Source: Octopus vulgaris (lineage: Eukaryota). From it: 64,000 nucleotides of DNA. Each line of letters opens with the position of its first letter. Position 1 is the stretch's first letter. The stretch lies in assembly GCA_951406725.2 (NCBI GenBank), contig OX597814.1, positions 37,262,001-37,326,000 of the forward strand. The letters run 5' to 3'. The position numbers and the translations under genes were made by a program. The notes below the pieces were generated by a model that was not told the origin of the DNA, ran no database searches, and was given only the letters and a program-made list of their open reading frames with translations. Of the stretch, positions 27,900 through 42,570 are shown piece after piece.

Positions 27900-28900
27900 C
27901 TTTGGAAGACAGAATTTGATTTCACCGTTTCCTTCACTTTCGATATCGTTCGTGCATTGGATGAGAGTGAGTGTCCTTACATCTTTGTCTTTTCTATCTT
28001 CGCGTCTCAGTGACCAGCATCAACATCTTCCTTTATCATCCAAGATGGCGAAGTATAATTGATGGGAGTTTGTGTTACTTTAACTTTAGTTTATTATTCT
28101 TCCTTGGAGATAGTCACCTCTATTTGTTTCTAATTCTCCTAGTCATATCTGAAACAGGTTTGGGTGATATGTACTCGCTCACTACTCTTTTGCGAACAGA
28201 AGTATATTTGGAGAAGTTTGAGATGGTTCTTCATTTCTTTTTTTTTTCTTTTTGTTTTCATTCTTTCTGAAGTAAGTAAGCCGTCAAAAATTCTATGCTA
28301 CTATACCTGTCGAAACTAGGCTTCCCAGACCGCTCTGATTGTCTCATTGCACTTCTTTCATCCGCAACTGTGAATTGTTATACAAACTTATGAGGCATTA
28401 TTTGAAGGTTAGGTCTGCTGTGGTTGTATTAGCAATAGGATTATACATTACTCTTTATGACATCATATCCCCCACAAATTATATTCCTTTACTTTGTTAT
28501 GTCGAGAGTGCAAATACAATGCTGAACTGTTTGAAATATTAAAGAACCTACCTTGGAAATTTGTTACATCGATTTCTGCACGTGTACTCCTAATTGCGTA
28601 TCTCAACTGTTACTTGCTTTAGCCTAATCCTAATATGTACTTTTATAGAATATCCAATATAACACGGTTGATAAGGGTAATCCATTGGCAAATATCACCC
28701 GACACTATTTGTAAGTGTTGTTATGGTGCAAGGAAAATTCCCATTCGATTAAATAGACAATCTGTTATACACCGAAAATCCACACATCAATTTTCCATCG
28801 AGTTTACATCGAACAACACAACTCTCGGTTTTACGAGAGAGGGAAGTGTGACTATTCTTTTTCATAGTTTCGTCGATGAAAGCACCAGTTAACTCATTCG
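27900..28900 (-). mobile_element. Possible heavily decayed Penelope-like RT region
   Basis: Only scattered motifs on the minus strand: VVLFDVNSM (LVSFDV.SL-like) and ANGLPLSTVL (MGSPLSPVL-like). Confidence 0.25.
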
Positions 28901-30149
28901 ATTTTTTTTAAACAATGATATAACTTTTACTGTCGGTTGAGGGTTAAAACCATCGAATTTCAACTCAGAAGATGGAGCATTTTGCCCAGCGAATTAACGA
29001 TTCTGCTAGCTTGCCGTTCTAGCAGTAAACTTAATATTATAATAAGTATTAATGAGTAAAACTGTTGTATCTTCACAAATGCATCAATTTCTTATGCAAT
29101 ATTACTATTGCATGTAAGAAAATGCCAATTTCTTATGTTCAGAGTAATCATAAAACGGCCAATCAAGATTACTGTAGGCACCAAATTTCATCTGCCTCAA
29201 GAACACATATTACCATCTCATGTGAAATACCAAGAATCTAAGAAAATAAGAATGTCAAATTTCTATAGCCGTACAATATGGAAATGCAGAGCCACCGTGG
29301 TGTCGTATGAAATTAAATGTTTACCTAGATTATGCGTAGGCATTTTGCAAGATGTAGTGACGCAAGAATCACTTAAAGTGTACTACAATTCTAATATTTA
29401 CGTGTGTACTTACATATGTAAGTTATCCATGAGGAATCTAATTACTATTGAAGATGTTAATCGTGTCATTGAGTTTCCGAACGATGAAGATGAACACGTC
29501 AATATATTAATGGTGATATTCATAAGTGAACTGTATAGAGTCATCTTTCATAAATACTCATAATTTCGTAATTTTTCTACCACAGATTTCAAATGGGGAC
29601 AGAAAGTGTCAACAATAAAAATCCTGAATATTGACGAAATATTTGCTATAAACGTAGAATGAAAATATCTACGTCGACCTATTTGCAGTTTAAAATCACA
29701 ACATAGAGGTTCGGAAATATATGCAGACAACCACTAAGTCCAGCACTATATCGATTTAATGAACCCTGGAAGGTATTAAAATTATAAGTTCTATTAAATG
29801 TCTAGGCTAAAAATGTAATGAAAAGGTTCTAATTTGATTTTAACCAATACCTTTTGGGTCAAAGGTAATATATTCATTTTGATACAATAGATATAAATCA
29901 GTATTTTTCTAAAATCAGACATACTTTTGTCATTCAAGATTAGCTTATTGATATTTTCTATACAAATCATTACCAGTTAAAAATATGAAAACACGAGACT
30001 GCGATACTGCAAATAATAATCTGTAGATGTTTACTAAAGTAAAGGTCAGTGTATTATGTACGCAACGTATTTATTCATTCCAATTCATTCACATTTTATA
30101 CCTGCATGATGCAGAAAAAGGAGGATTATAATAGAAAATAGAAGTCCAT

Positions 30150-30150
30150 G

Positions 30151-30203
<53 letters not shown>

Positions 30204-30340
30204 TGTATATGTATATATATAAAAACGTATCTGTATGTATATATATACATATCTATATATAGATATATTTATTTGTATATGTGTGTATATATATTTATAT
30301 ATATATATTTATATATATACAAATAAATATATCTATATAT

Positions 30341-30377
<37 letters not shown>

Positions 30378-30419
30378 TATATTTATTTGTATATATATAT
30401 ATAAATATATATATATATC

Positions 30420-30465
<46 letters not shown>

Positions 30466-30631
30466 TATATATATTTATATATAAAAATATATATATTTGT
30501 ATATATACACCCTCTCCACACAGGCACACACACACACATATATATATAATCTAAGTTCAGTATTGATCGCCAGAAGAATGTAGACACTCTTATTTTAGAC
30601 GAAGCAGTCTTCGGCTGCTCTTAGTTTCACC

Positions 30632-30683
<52 letters not shown>

Positions 30684-30690
30684 CACATAT
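30150..30690. repeat. Compound (TA)n/(GA)n low-complexity region
   Basis: Seen directly. Confidence 0.9.
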
Positions 30691-32320
30691 ATGTGTGTGG
30701 TTATATAGGTATATATGTATGGATGTATGTTTATATACTTAGATGTGTTCTTTCTTTCCCACATAGCACTCTCTCTCGCTCGCACACGCACACACAAAAC
30801 AGTCACGTACGCATACACAGACATGTGTGTGTTGATATTATAATTAGATATATTAAGTGTTTGTGAAGTAATATAAATTTCCATGTAGGATCTGAACTAA
30901 ATATTTTTCTTTCTAGAAAACTTTGTTGGTAATAAATATCACATTTTATTAAAGAGAAACTCTTTATAGAAATGAAATGGGTGTACTGAACAATACAGTA
31001 TATTTACCTACACAAATTTTTAAAGAATTAATTAACATATTTTCATTATAAAAACCTCATCATTCATTCATTTATTACAATTATATGTCAAATGAAGTTG
31101 TCATCATCAGAAGTGTAGTTTCTTCACCTTGTAGGCCCAGCATCATGAAATGGCAAACCGATAGACTACGTTAACCTGTTATTGGCAGAATCGTTTATTA
31201 TGCACTTAAACATTGCTGGCTGTAACAAACACCGGCTAGTAACCGACAGGTCTTCATCCACATTTAATGCTGTAAAGGAATTTGTAATGAATTTACGCTA
31301 ACATAGAACTTATAGTTCGGGAATAAGTCAACAAAATAATAAGTCTGATTAGCTGGGTTGAAAATGAGAGCAAGGGAATGGAATACTGAAATGTTGCCTA
31401 CCCAAATAAATACAGAATTGTTTATGTCCAATTCACTATTATATGAATTATAGAATTCCTAACTGTATTTGTAATCAAAACAGAAACACCATGCCATTCT
31501 GTAGCATAGGAATTTGAATGTAATAGGAGAAAATGCAGTAACAATGGACTAGGGGACGGTCTATCACTTAATGAAACTTGCCGTGTATAATCAATTTCGC
31601 ACTTGAGCCGCATTGAGCTGAAATGATACACATAAGTCACATCTGACAATTTGTTTTATTGGCTTGATAGTGCTATCGAAAATAAAAACTGATAATATTC
31701 GAAGATCTCTTGAAAATTTTGTATTGGCATCATTAAAAAAAAATGAGATTATAAACATCTGGATAACTTCCTATCAAGTTTAACTGAAGATGACGTGTTG
31801 CCGTAGTATTTTTTAGACCTCGGTAGCTAGACCGACATAAGAAACGTCCTTCACTGTAGCAATATAAATTGGGAATTCAGCCAGTAAGCATATGCTTGGG
31901 AAATGTAATGAACGTTGTTTAGATGTGCTGCAACTAGACATAGGAACATTAGAAGAATGATTATGTTTAACAATATCAAAACTTTTCTTCTCGATTTTGT
32001 GGAAAATATCATGCATATAAAATAGTAACGTTTTCTTTTATTGTATTGTTCGGAATGTTTTGTAATGAGCGCAGAGTTTAGATAGAAAGTGAAAATGCAA
32101 ATTAGCTATTTCCATTTTTATGGAGAATAACAAAATTGGATTAACAGCGGTGATATTGTTTGTGTATGAGTTTATGTATAATTGTCAAGGAAGAGTTTGT
32201 ATATATTTGAAGTTATCAATGAATTCTTGGCATTTAACGCCATATTATAAATGGATGCAATAAAACTGAAAATACTTTCGCTTGGGGATAAGAATATATG
32301 TATATTTATAGGTAAGATGA

Positions 32321-33050
32321 ATGAGAAATAAATCTTCTTTGTCAACAATTACTTTTATTCTTGTTAAAAGTTATAAACAAGCCCACGATGTATCAACAAA
32401 ATAATCGATATATTTACTTCTGGAAAATAGAATTAGGGATTTGAATTTTTAGAAAATGATGGCTAATATAATTGTAAAATATCGAATGAGTATGCCTAAA
32501 ATCATGCTGCAGCGTTTTCACTATGCACCTTATAAAAAGACGAGTTTGCACGACCATAATGCATGCAAAATATTGCTGAATAAGATTTTTGAAATGCCAG
32601 AGGGAAAAGTGAGTGCATAGCGCTGACTTTTGTAGATTCAATGGATAAAAAGAACAGTAGTCACAACATGGAAAACGATGTTTAACTTGTACACATAAGC
32701 CAGAATTATGCCGAAATTTTGATCTCCATCGTCACAGGATTAGATTTGGGGTGAGTTGTCGTGCATGTCTATGATTTTCATAGTTCAATATGTGTTTGAT
32801 ATTGTTTATCCTATCGGTGCTGCTAATTCATACTTGATCACACGCACGTGCGCGCACACACACACACACGCAGAAAAACGCACATACACACACACACAAA
32901 TGCACACACAAACGCACACACAAACACACACACACTAATATATATATATGAAAATAAATCTTTGTCAAGAATTACTTTTATTGCTGTTAAAAGTGATAAG
33001 GTAGCCTACAAATTATCTACAAAATAATCGATATATTTATTTCTGGAGAA
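32321..33050. repeat. Pair of ~105-bp diverged direct repeats (32321-32428 and 32948-33050)
   Basis: Shared AAATAAATCTT..TGTCAA.AATTACTTTTATT..TGTTAAAAGT...ACAAAATAATCGATATATTTA.TTCTGGA. Confidence 0.8.
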
Positions 33051-33060
33051 AACAAGATAT

Positions 33061-33125
<65 letters not shown>

Positions 33126-33155
33126 GTATATACATATATATATATATATATATTG

Positions 33156-33216
<61 letters not shown>

Positions 33217-33819
33217 GCAAATTTAACAATTCCAACGGCACTGCTACATGTTTTTCTTTTGCATCTAGCATATTATTAAGCGGTATACATGTTTCCCTTT
33301 GATAGGGAAATATTTTTCTAGGGAATTACTGCGGTGTTCTGGCTTTGTGCAGTATATTCTACATTAATATATAAACAATTATATACATATAAAGATTAAT
33401 AGAAAGAGAGCAAATTTCAGGGGTCAGAGTTCATTTTGTCAATATATCTCCTAACATTGGAATACTTCATAAAAATATACGTAAATGTAAATATTTAGAT
33501 ACAATAGAAAATATTAAACACAAATAATCCCGCATGTCATCGTATGAAATTGTAAGTCCGTGTTTGGAATTAGTCAGAAAGTTATTATACATATACGTCA
33601 AAATTGCATTGATCGAAAGTATCAAATGGATGAAAAGGCGGTTCAAAATGGTTTCAAGAAGAATACATAGGAAAATCCAGCGGAAGTTCAAATTCTCACG
33701 ACCGTGTCAAGAACATATTGTATGAAATTTGGCGAACCATTTCCATCCATCTCAGTTATCAACATTTCTTTCTTCAGAGACCATACTGTACTGTGTCGAC
33801 TACACAGTATAGTAGGGTG

Positions 33820-34603
33820 AATTAGGCACCATCTGTACAAAAAGAACAGCAACTAGACGCAGTTCGCTCGACCAGAAATTTAGAAACTAAATGCTGTACT
33901 CCCTAGCATCCGCACCGGAAGGTCCATTGGGAACATTTCAGAGTATTGTGGGTGTCACTCTGAGGAGAGTGCAATCTGATGACACGTACCAAGAGTGGTG
34001 AAATCAAACATGCAGTCAAGATCATGATGTTTTCGGACTGAGCACTAGTGATGGCGATGCTATGCCTCCATTATTCTTCCCACACGGCCTCAGACTCAAC
34101 TCAGTGGCCTACATCAAACGACTGGAAGAGTTAGTGCTGCTCAGAGTCAAGACGGCGGCTGCCGGAAGACCCAACGTCTGGTAACAGGACTCTGCACCGT
34201 GCCACAAAAGCAACAGAACCCAGTCAAAGCTGTCAGTCAATTTCGTCGACCACATCCTCACTAACATCTGGTCACTTAATTCCCCAGACTGCAACCTCCC
34301 TAATTATTGCGAGTTGGGTGCAGCTAAGCGAGAGACCAAAAAAATCCTTGTAAAATAAAGGCAACGATTATGGCAGCATTCACCAACTTATACGACGAGA
34401 TCGTCCAGAAGATTTGCAGCAGATTCAAAGGTCGCCTGGATGCCGTAGTTGAGGCGGATGACGATTTTATTGAATAACCTTATTCTTTAGTATTTCGAGA
34501 TATTTCTATGTTGTTTTAGTAAATATATCTGTTAAAATGAGATGTCAGTGTTATTTTCATTTTTGTGTAATTTAGACTGAAGTTTATTCATCGAACTCCT
34601 CAT
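33820..34603 (+). mobile_element. Tc1/mariner-superfamily (DD37D, maT-like) transposase remnant
   Basis: SDGDAMPPLFFPHGLRLNSVAYIKRLEELVL...VW*QDSAPCHKSNRTQ...IWSLNSPDCNLPNY; 37 residues separate the QD aspartate from the third catalytic position (decayed D>N). Confidence 0.85.
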
Positions 34604-34727
34604 ACGTGTGTATATATATATATATATATATATTCCTCTTTTCTGTTACTACTACTATATATATATATATATATATACATGCATATATACACATATATAT
34701 ATACATACATATATATATACATATATA

Positions 34728-34777
<50 letters not shown>

Positions 34778-34837
34778 CGTACATACATATATATACATAC
34801 ATATGTGTGTGTGTGTATATATATATATGCATGCATA

Positions 34838-35022
34838 CGCCATGTTCGACCGCTAAACTCTACACTGTTTTATTCTCTCACCGCATTTTTTCCATTCCCT
34901 CTCCAGGTATCTTTTATATGGAAGAGTGTGGGCTCGAAACGTAAAAGACTTTACATTTGACCCGAGTTTTAAACTGATACACATGCTCGTTTGTCCTACA
35001 CCTGTCTTCGTCTTATAATTTG
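34838..35022 (+). mobile_element. Short interspersed repeat with HHR-like motif, copy 2 of 3
   Basis: Aligns with 14880-15035; flanked by (TA)/(TG). Confidence 0.6.
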
Positions 35023-36021
35023 AGATATATATGTGTGTGGTGTGTGTGTGTGTGTGTGTTCGTATGTGGAGAGAGGGAGAGGTAAACAGATGTATATATA
35101 GACAAGTCGATATATTGATATAAATGTATGAGTATGCGTAGATGTGCATCTAATTGCTCATCTATATATTTAAACAAATACGCACCCTCATATGCGTTGA
35201 CACATTTAGCTACGTAAAAAAAAGTTGCTTGAATATTTCAGTGACTAAAAGTTTGATGGCATGTTTCCAGGAGTGCATAAACTTAATACATTTCAATGCT
35301 CAAGATTCCATGAATTATTCACTAATATATTCATATTTTTCTCCGTACTAAACTGCTAGCAACGATAGCTAATTTTTGACATTAAATTTCTCTTTTTTTT
35401 CATGAAAGCTAGTTACATCATTTCATATTTTTTTAATTGTCAGTTCGGAAGCATTTAGAATGTTACTGAAAATGAATCGTTTTACACGGAAGCTTTTTAT
35501 CACTCATTAACTCCAATTGTGCTACACTTTTATATAAAGTAGACTATTCTGCAAAATAGAAATTGATTATGGTATATTTTTCTAGCAAATGCTTAGGATT
35601 AACATTTTAATTCTCCTTCGATATTTCCACGATATCATTTATCACAAGCAAGTTTCATTAGACTTCATCATACACAATTTTATAAGTATATACATGCAGC
35701 ACACACACGGAACACACAGACAGAGAGCACAGCTTTATAGCATACATAGAAAGAACACACGTACATCCATGTGTTCCTTTTTTTTTCACTTGTGTGCGTG
35801 TGTTAATGTGTGTGCGGGGGGGGGGGGCTTATGTGTGTGGTGCACGCGGTCCTGTTGTGTAGACCTGTCTTTATGAATATAACAACTAAATACTGTGAAA
35901 AATATAAATTTATTAGAATGGAGAAAGGTTTTCGTATTTATTCAGTATAGGGACAACGCCTCTAGCTATATTAGAACCGTCCACACCTACATTTTTGTTG
36001 TATTATATTCTTAGAGTTAAA

Positions 36022-36865
36022 TCTATATCTATAAAATACAGGTGGATTGTGTGTCTGTCTGTCCGGATTCTTCTCCGAAACTAGCCGACGATTTTTTTTT
36101 TTGAAACTTTACATATCGATGCATTATTGAGCAAGACGGATCGTGACGCTATTGATATCAAATCTCCCTGAAAAATCAATAAATAAACATCGATTTTTTT
36201 CAAATGTTGTCCGATTTTGATCAAAATAAACATACTTATGCGGTTTTACCTAAGGAGCTTCATAGCGTCATTAGTATTTTTGAATTCCGTTTCGTTTGAG
36301 CACAGGATGACAAGAACCGTCTATAAAAATGCCCTTTTCGACATAGCGTCTGAAGCTTTTATCCGATTGCGCTCAACTTTGCGTCCTATGTACATTAGAA
36401 GCTAACCTACAGTTTGTAAAAAATTGCATACGTTTAGGGTGCTTCCTTTGTGAGGCGTAGCACATCGAAAGATTCGATAATGATTTAGCGCCTACCCCCT
36501 TTTCTTATTGTCTTATAGGTTTGTATACAAGCACACTGTGTGCCAAACATTATGTATCACTGCTAAAATGCTTAAATTTCTCTTATTAAATTACTGCTTA
36601 TCGAATTATTATTTGTTATTTATTACATTTGAGAATTTATACATTTGACGAAAGATTTCCTTCACAATTGTTACACTGATCTCTACAACATAAAGCATTC
36701 TCACGCACACACACATACATATTCTTTCACAAAATTGACTTCTTGGTTTAAACGCTCGTACGTGTTTTGGCATATTACGACACTTTCTGATCGGGTATAC
36801 GACAGGCCAGTCATTTCGAGACAACTTAATATTTCTGGCAACACGACTTGTACTTTCAGCTTCTA
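36022..36865 (+). mobile_element. Possible non-autonomous Helitron-like element
   Basis: Starts A|TCTATATCTATAAAA followed by GTCTGTCTGTCC as in many animal Helitrons; the 3' end (CTGGCAACACGAC...TTCAGCTTC) is decayed and uncertain. Confidence 0.35.
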
Positions 36866-37310
36866 TTACAAGAGGCGATTCTTTCACATTTTCCACAGAC
36901 AGTTAGTTAGAGCTTACGACATCTTTAATCATTCTCCTGTAAACGCCTTTTACTTGCGTCTTACCTTTGTGGTTACTCAATTTGCCATTTTCTGTACAAG
37001 CTCGGCTAGTTTGACACACTCGTACACTCCCTAATCAGCTTATCACGAAGTTTTCCATTTTAATCGAACTCACTGGATTATCAGTAATTTCTTGTGACTT
37101 TCATGACCGTTGTTAAACTCCGATTTAAATTATTAGTATTCTCCTTAAACAAAATACATTTTGTTTCAGAAGGTATAGATGCGGTTACTGTGGTGTGCAC
37201 AGTAAGCATAACAGATGTGGTGATATACGTCGTAGTACTACTTTTACAACTGCTGCTACAGCCAACAGCTCATTTTGTATCTCTTTCTATCAGCTAACCA
37301 GCTGAGTGTA

Positions 37311-37520
37311 CCCAGTCCACTCAGCTGGCAAAAATGAGTAGTGCATGTACTTCAAAGGCTCAGCCTTGCAACACCCTGTGTCACGCCGAATCTCTCCGAG
37401 AACTACGTTAAGTGTACACTTGTCTGTGGAGTTCTCAGCTACTTACACGTAAATTTCACGAGCAAGCTGTTCCGTTGATCGTATCAGCTGGGCCCACGCT
37501 GTCGTAACCGACGTTGTGCT

Positions 37521-37522
<2 letters not shown>
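37311..37522 (+). mobile_element. 5'-truncated SINE (family C 3' half)
   Basis: Reverse complement of ~21320-21530. Confidence 0.85.
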
Positions 37523-37580
<58 letters not shown>

Positions 37581-37581
<1 letters not shown>

Positions 37582-37715
37582 CGGGAAGCTTTATGAAAAT
37601 AGACAAAAGACGAAGGCAGGTGGAAAACAAACGAACAATTGTATTAGTATGGCGCTCAGGAAATATAAATAAAACAAGTCTTTAACGTTTCGAGCCTACG
37701 CTCTTCAACAGAAAG

Positions 37716-37716
<1 letters not shown>
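37581..37716 (-). mobile_element. Short interspersed repeat with HHR-like motif, copy 3 of 3 (best preserved)
   Basis: Minus strand 37716-37679: TCTTT CTGTTGAA GAGC-GTAG-GCTC GAAA CG TT AAAGA; lies between (TA)n and (CA)n. Confidence 0.65.
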
Positions 37717-37803
<87 letters not shown>

Positions 37804-37921
37804 ATACACGTTTTTGCAAAACAATTTAAGCCAGAACTAAATATGTCAAGTTGATAGTTTGTTCCTTAAATTCAATTAATGGATTACTTTCTATTGTATT
37901 TGCCGCCTCATCATGAATACT

Positions 37922-37954
<33 letters not shown>

Positions 37955-38639
37955 ACGTGTGTGTATGTGTACATATTCATGTGTGTGTGCCTGTGCGCAC
38001 ATAAGTATATGTGTACGTATTTGTTAATGTTGCACTGTTTTATACTTCCACCCAACCATGAAAGTGATTCCATAAACGAAAGTAATTATTCCATTTCAAC
38101 ATCATTATCTCTACCGGTAATTATTATTTAATAACTAAATTAATGAAAATGTACATATGTCACTTCATACTCATATCCCCACAAATTGTAAACCTATATT
38201 TACCTTTGCTGTGTATACAGTCGTAAAACAAGCTTTTATAAAACCCGCCATGTTTAAAATTAAATGATGAAGTTCGCAGAAACATCTCATATTCGTTTTG
38301 AAGATAGTTCCGAACGTAACATTTTATCTCCTGCAAATACGCTTGGTGCAAATGTATTACACGTTAACCTATGGTATAAATGTAAAAATAATTTGATATG
38401 AAAAATATATAGGGTCTAAAGCAGATGTCCCTTTGAGAATATGAATAGTATAGATGTTTGCTTGGTTTGAAGAAAACAGATATACTCTGAATGAAAAACT
38501 ATTTTCTTTTCACCTGAATTATAAAAAAAACTTCTTTTCCTAAAATTTGTTGACTGACTAAGCACATTTATTTAAACACAAACATTGTAAATAATGTATG
38601 ATCTAATCAATACAAAAACAAAAATAAGCTTCATAATAA

Positions 38640-38850
38640 CCACGATGGTGATGATAATGATGATGTCGGTAGTGGTGATGGTGGTGGTGGTGACATATGT
38701 AGCGGTGGTGGCGATGACAGGTGTAGTGGTGGTGATAGTAGCAGTAGCAGCAGCAGTAGTAGTAGTAGTATAGTAGTAGTAGTATAGTAGTGTTAGTAGT
38801 ATAGTAGTGGTAGTAATAGTAGTAGTAGTAGTAGTAGTAGTATAGTAGTG

Positions 38851-38896
<46 letters not shown>

Positions 38897-38926
38897 CAGC
38901 AGCAGCAGCAACAGCAGTAGTAGTAA

Positions 38927-38987
<61 letters not shown>

Positions 38988-38990
38988 TAT
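38640..38990. repeat. (TAG)n/(TGG)n/(CAG)n trinucleotide tract
   Basis: Seen directly. Confidence 0.95.
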
Positions 38991-39209
38991 GATGATATTA
39001 GCCATTTCTAGGAAACGCATTAACGTATGCACTGCAGTAATGATACTGTATATGGATGACTTGGAAGCAATGACCTGTTTAATTTCTGTGCTTCCTAATC
39101 GCTTTATTTATCGGTCACATTATGAACAAACCCAATGCGTACTTACACACTCGCACACAAACGAATACATGTGTGTTTTTGTGTGTGTAACATATTTTCT
39201 TTATTTTTT

Positions 39210-39417
39210 TATTTGCTTCACTCATTTGAATGCAGCCATGCTGGAGCACCGCTTTTAGTAAAAAAATAAAAAAAATTGACCACAGGAATTATTCTTTGTA
39301 AACCTAGTTCTTATCCTATCGTCATTTTTACCCGAACCACTAAGTTAGGAGGACGTAAACACACCAGCTTCGATTGTGAAGTGATGGTGGGCAGGCAAAC
39401 AGAGCCACACAAACACT

Positions 39418-39497
<80 letters not shown>

Positions 39498-39652
39498 CGA
39501 CGGACATCTTTCAGTTTCCCTCTACCAAATCCACTCACAGGACTTTGGTCGACCCGAGGGTATAGTAAAAGACACTAGCCCGAAGTGACACGCAATGGAA
39601 CTGAACCCAGAACCGTGTTGTTGTTAAGCAAGCTACTGACCATACATCCACT
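39210..39652 (-). mobile_element. Full-length SINE (family A)
   Basis: Reverse-complement match to 9936-10385 including the internal (CA)n. Confidence 0.85.
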
Positions 39653-39793
39653 ATAATAAGTATTTATTGATTAGTGTGTTGAAGTGCTGAGTAGAGCACT
39701 GGTACAGTTTGGGCTACCTGGTGTCATCCGCAAGCTGGGTCTCATAAGGTACACCCATACATACATTCTATCTCGCTAAAGATCCTGAGTATC

Positions 39794-39839
<46 letters not shown>

Positions 39840-40327
39840 ACCGACCAGGCTATCAGGTGTTGCTACACATCGCTGGTCACAATGCGCTTCGCACTGTTTT
39901 AGCCTTCAAATGACGCCACCCTACTGTCTAAGCGAGCAGGCTAATATATATACATATATATATATCCTTTTGGGATTTGGTTTGCATGATTCTTTATATG
40001 AGTTCGTGTGTTGAAGCGTATTCTGTTGTGTCTGGGGAGAGTAATTTTCGTTGTGTCTTGCAACCTTTTCAATAGTCTTGACTCTGTCCGTTATTTACAC
40101 TGCGTTCCCTTTTGTTTGCTTGTGCTCATGTGTGTGGTTCAGTGTGTGTGTGTTGGTGTGCTTATGTATGCATGTACGTATGTATGTATGTGTGTATGTT
40201 TGCATGTGTATGTATGTATATATGTGTGTATATGCATATGTATATATGTATGTGTGTGTATCTGTAGGTATGTATGCTGCATACACAAACACGGACATGC
40301 AACCACATAAATATGCAGGGTACATAC

Positions 40328-41005
40328 ATAAGCCCCACTAACCATTCAATCACAGCCACTCCCCCGTTATTTGAGCATTCTACTGTACACTCATCTATAC
40401 CTGGTGCCTTCCGATTTGCCATCTTCCGCAAGGATTCCCTCACCTCCCCTCTTCCTATTTCACGTTAGTTCTATTTCCCAACAACAGGTATTCCCCTCTC
40501 TCCTCCTACAGCCACTATACTTTTCCCCCAACATCCTCCACTTTTAACAGCTTAATAAAATACCCTGCCCATCTCCTTCGTAAATTCCCACTTAATTTAA
40601 CCAAATTTTTATTCGCTTCCTTCACCTTTTCTTCCCTTACTCCAACCATCTTTCTTACGCTCTATACCTGTTTCCAAAACATCTGTTGATTTCTTACAAA
40701 ATTTGCACTCAACGTTTTTCCGAATCTTTCAACTGCCTCCCAATTTGCCACCCTCATCACTCTCTTCTTCACGTCTCTGTAGCAATCATAAGCCTCTCTA
40801 TCTCCTTTCTGCAACCACTCTTCAAAGCTCCTTTCCTTCTTTGCCATCGCATCCCTTACCTGCTCATTCCATCACTTACTACCTTTTCTCACATCCATCC
40901 TAACTACTCGTGTACCACATACCTCAGTGGCACATCTCATTACTGCCTCTCTAAAATCCTCCCACTCTTACTCCACATATCATATCTCCCGATTCTTAAC
41001 CTCTT
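40328..41005 (-). mobile_element. RTE-like LINE ORF2 fragment
   Basis: ESLRKMANRKAPGIDE..VE....GG.AVIEWLVGL (pre-RT motif) and ERFGKTLSANFVRNQQMFWKQV. Confidence 0.75.
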
Positions 41006-41615
41006 CATATGCATCTACGTACATAATCATAATTGTGCGTGTATGTGTATGGATTTGTGCATAAATATGTGTGAATGCGCGTCTGTGTGTGCTATGAATA
41101 CAAATATATACATATAAAGACACACGCACAAACACGCATAATTACATATATATGTTTCTTGTTAAGCTTCTTTTTCGTTAACAAACACTGGCAAATATTT
41201 ACTGACATATACACTACCGCTGCCTGTTTGAACTATATTAGAAATGGTCGACGGCAACTACATAGAACTTTTGTGTACGAAATTGTAGTAGTAGTGTTCT
41301 TTCCGGCTGTTTGCAGTATTAATGAATCTGTTAGACATTCCTTCCTGTATCGCATGCAAAGAATTTCTTCTGAGATTGTCACCTGAAATTCACATTATTC
41401 ACAAGGATCCAAAAGACTAAATGGATTTGGTGTCATCGCTAGGTACATAGGCGTGGATTTTTCGTCTTCTTCCCCTGTATATTGGATTCTTTTAGTAGCA
41501 CTTATAATTGAGATTTTAACTCCTTGAAAAGTACAAGAATCATGCCTTTCAACGATGTATGCAAATGAAGTACAAAACATAGATGGCAGTCATATTTAAT
41601 ACCGGTGGAATTGCG

Positions 41616-41648
<33 letters not shown>

Positions 41649-42060
41649 ATGTTAGTGTGTGTGTGTGTGTGTGAGTGTGTGTATAGTACAAAGTAAGATA
41701 GGGGTTATGGGTGTAACCCACTATGGGATAGCATTTATACAATATACTGTTGGTACAGTACCCATATTCTTAATACATAAATGTTTTTAATTGCAATGCA
41801 ATTAACTCATTTATTGTATTCAACGGGTGAAGGTAAAGAAATATTTTTACCGTAAATGTATAATATAAATAAGAAAATGGAGAAACAAATTTAGTTTGTT
41901 CATCAACTTTCGGATATTATAATGCTGGATTATTTATTCATTTAACAAAATGAGAACATCAATAGGATACATATATATCTTATAATTCAATACATATAGG
42001 ATATAAGATAAGAATACAAATTATAAAGTCATAAAATAAATTAATGAAATCATTAAAATC

Positions 42061-42197
42061 ACTTCTTACAGTTGTTTCAGCCTCTGGCTAAAAGTAGATA
42101 ATTTTATTTTCATTGCCTATAGGTGTCAACATACTGCGGTTTTAGGCATATAAAAATAGGGTACTTATATAAATAACCATAGGCCTCGCCATAGGTT
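42061..42197 (-). ncRNA. Decayed type I hammerhead ribozyme with ~97-nt stem II insert
   Basis: Minus strand: CT ATGGCGA GGCCT...AGGCT GAAA CAACTG TA AG. The sister copy at 43869 reads CTAATGA, so the two-copy consensus is CTGAYGA. Confidence 0.5.
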
Positions 42198-42488
42198 ACA
42201 AGGAATTTTAAAAATATCAATATTAATACATTAAACGCGATACACGTATTATTTAATATCTATAAAAAATAAACAAATATCCATATAGTCATATACATAA
42301 ATATATACACACACATATACATACATAAGCAAAGTGTATATACTATTTACATGCGTAAAATACATAAATAAATACAATTAAAAAATACGTTCATGTAGAT
42401 ATACTATACGTCATATACATATGTAAATACAGGGTAACATCTAAACACGTCTATGCTTATGGGCAGATAAATAAAAATTAATTATTAA

Positions 42489-42570
<82 letters not shown>

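Noticed and set aside
30566-30620. CAGAAGAATGT...GAAGCAGTC between TA tracts, similar to the start of the 56.6-kb HHR
   Set aside because: Both core segments are altered and stems I and II do not pair convincingly.
31784-31852. CTGAAGA...GAAACGTC in HHR order
   Set aside because: No stem I and poor stem II closure; may be chance.
33976-34010. CTGATGA...GAAA
   Set aside because: Lies within the Tc1/mariner remnant, with no stem I or III.
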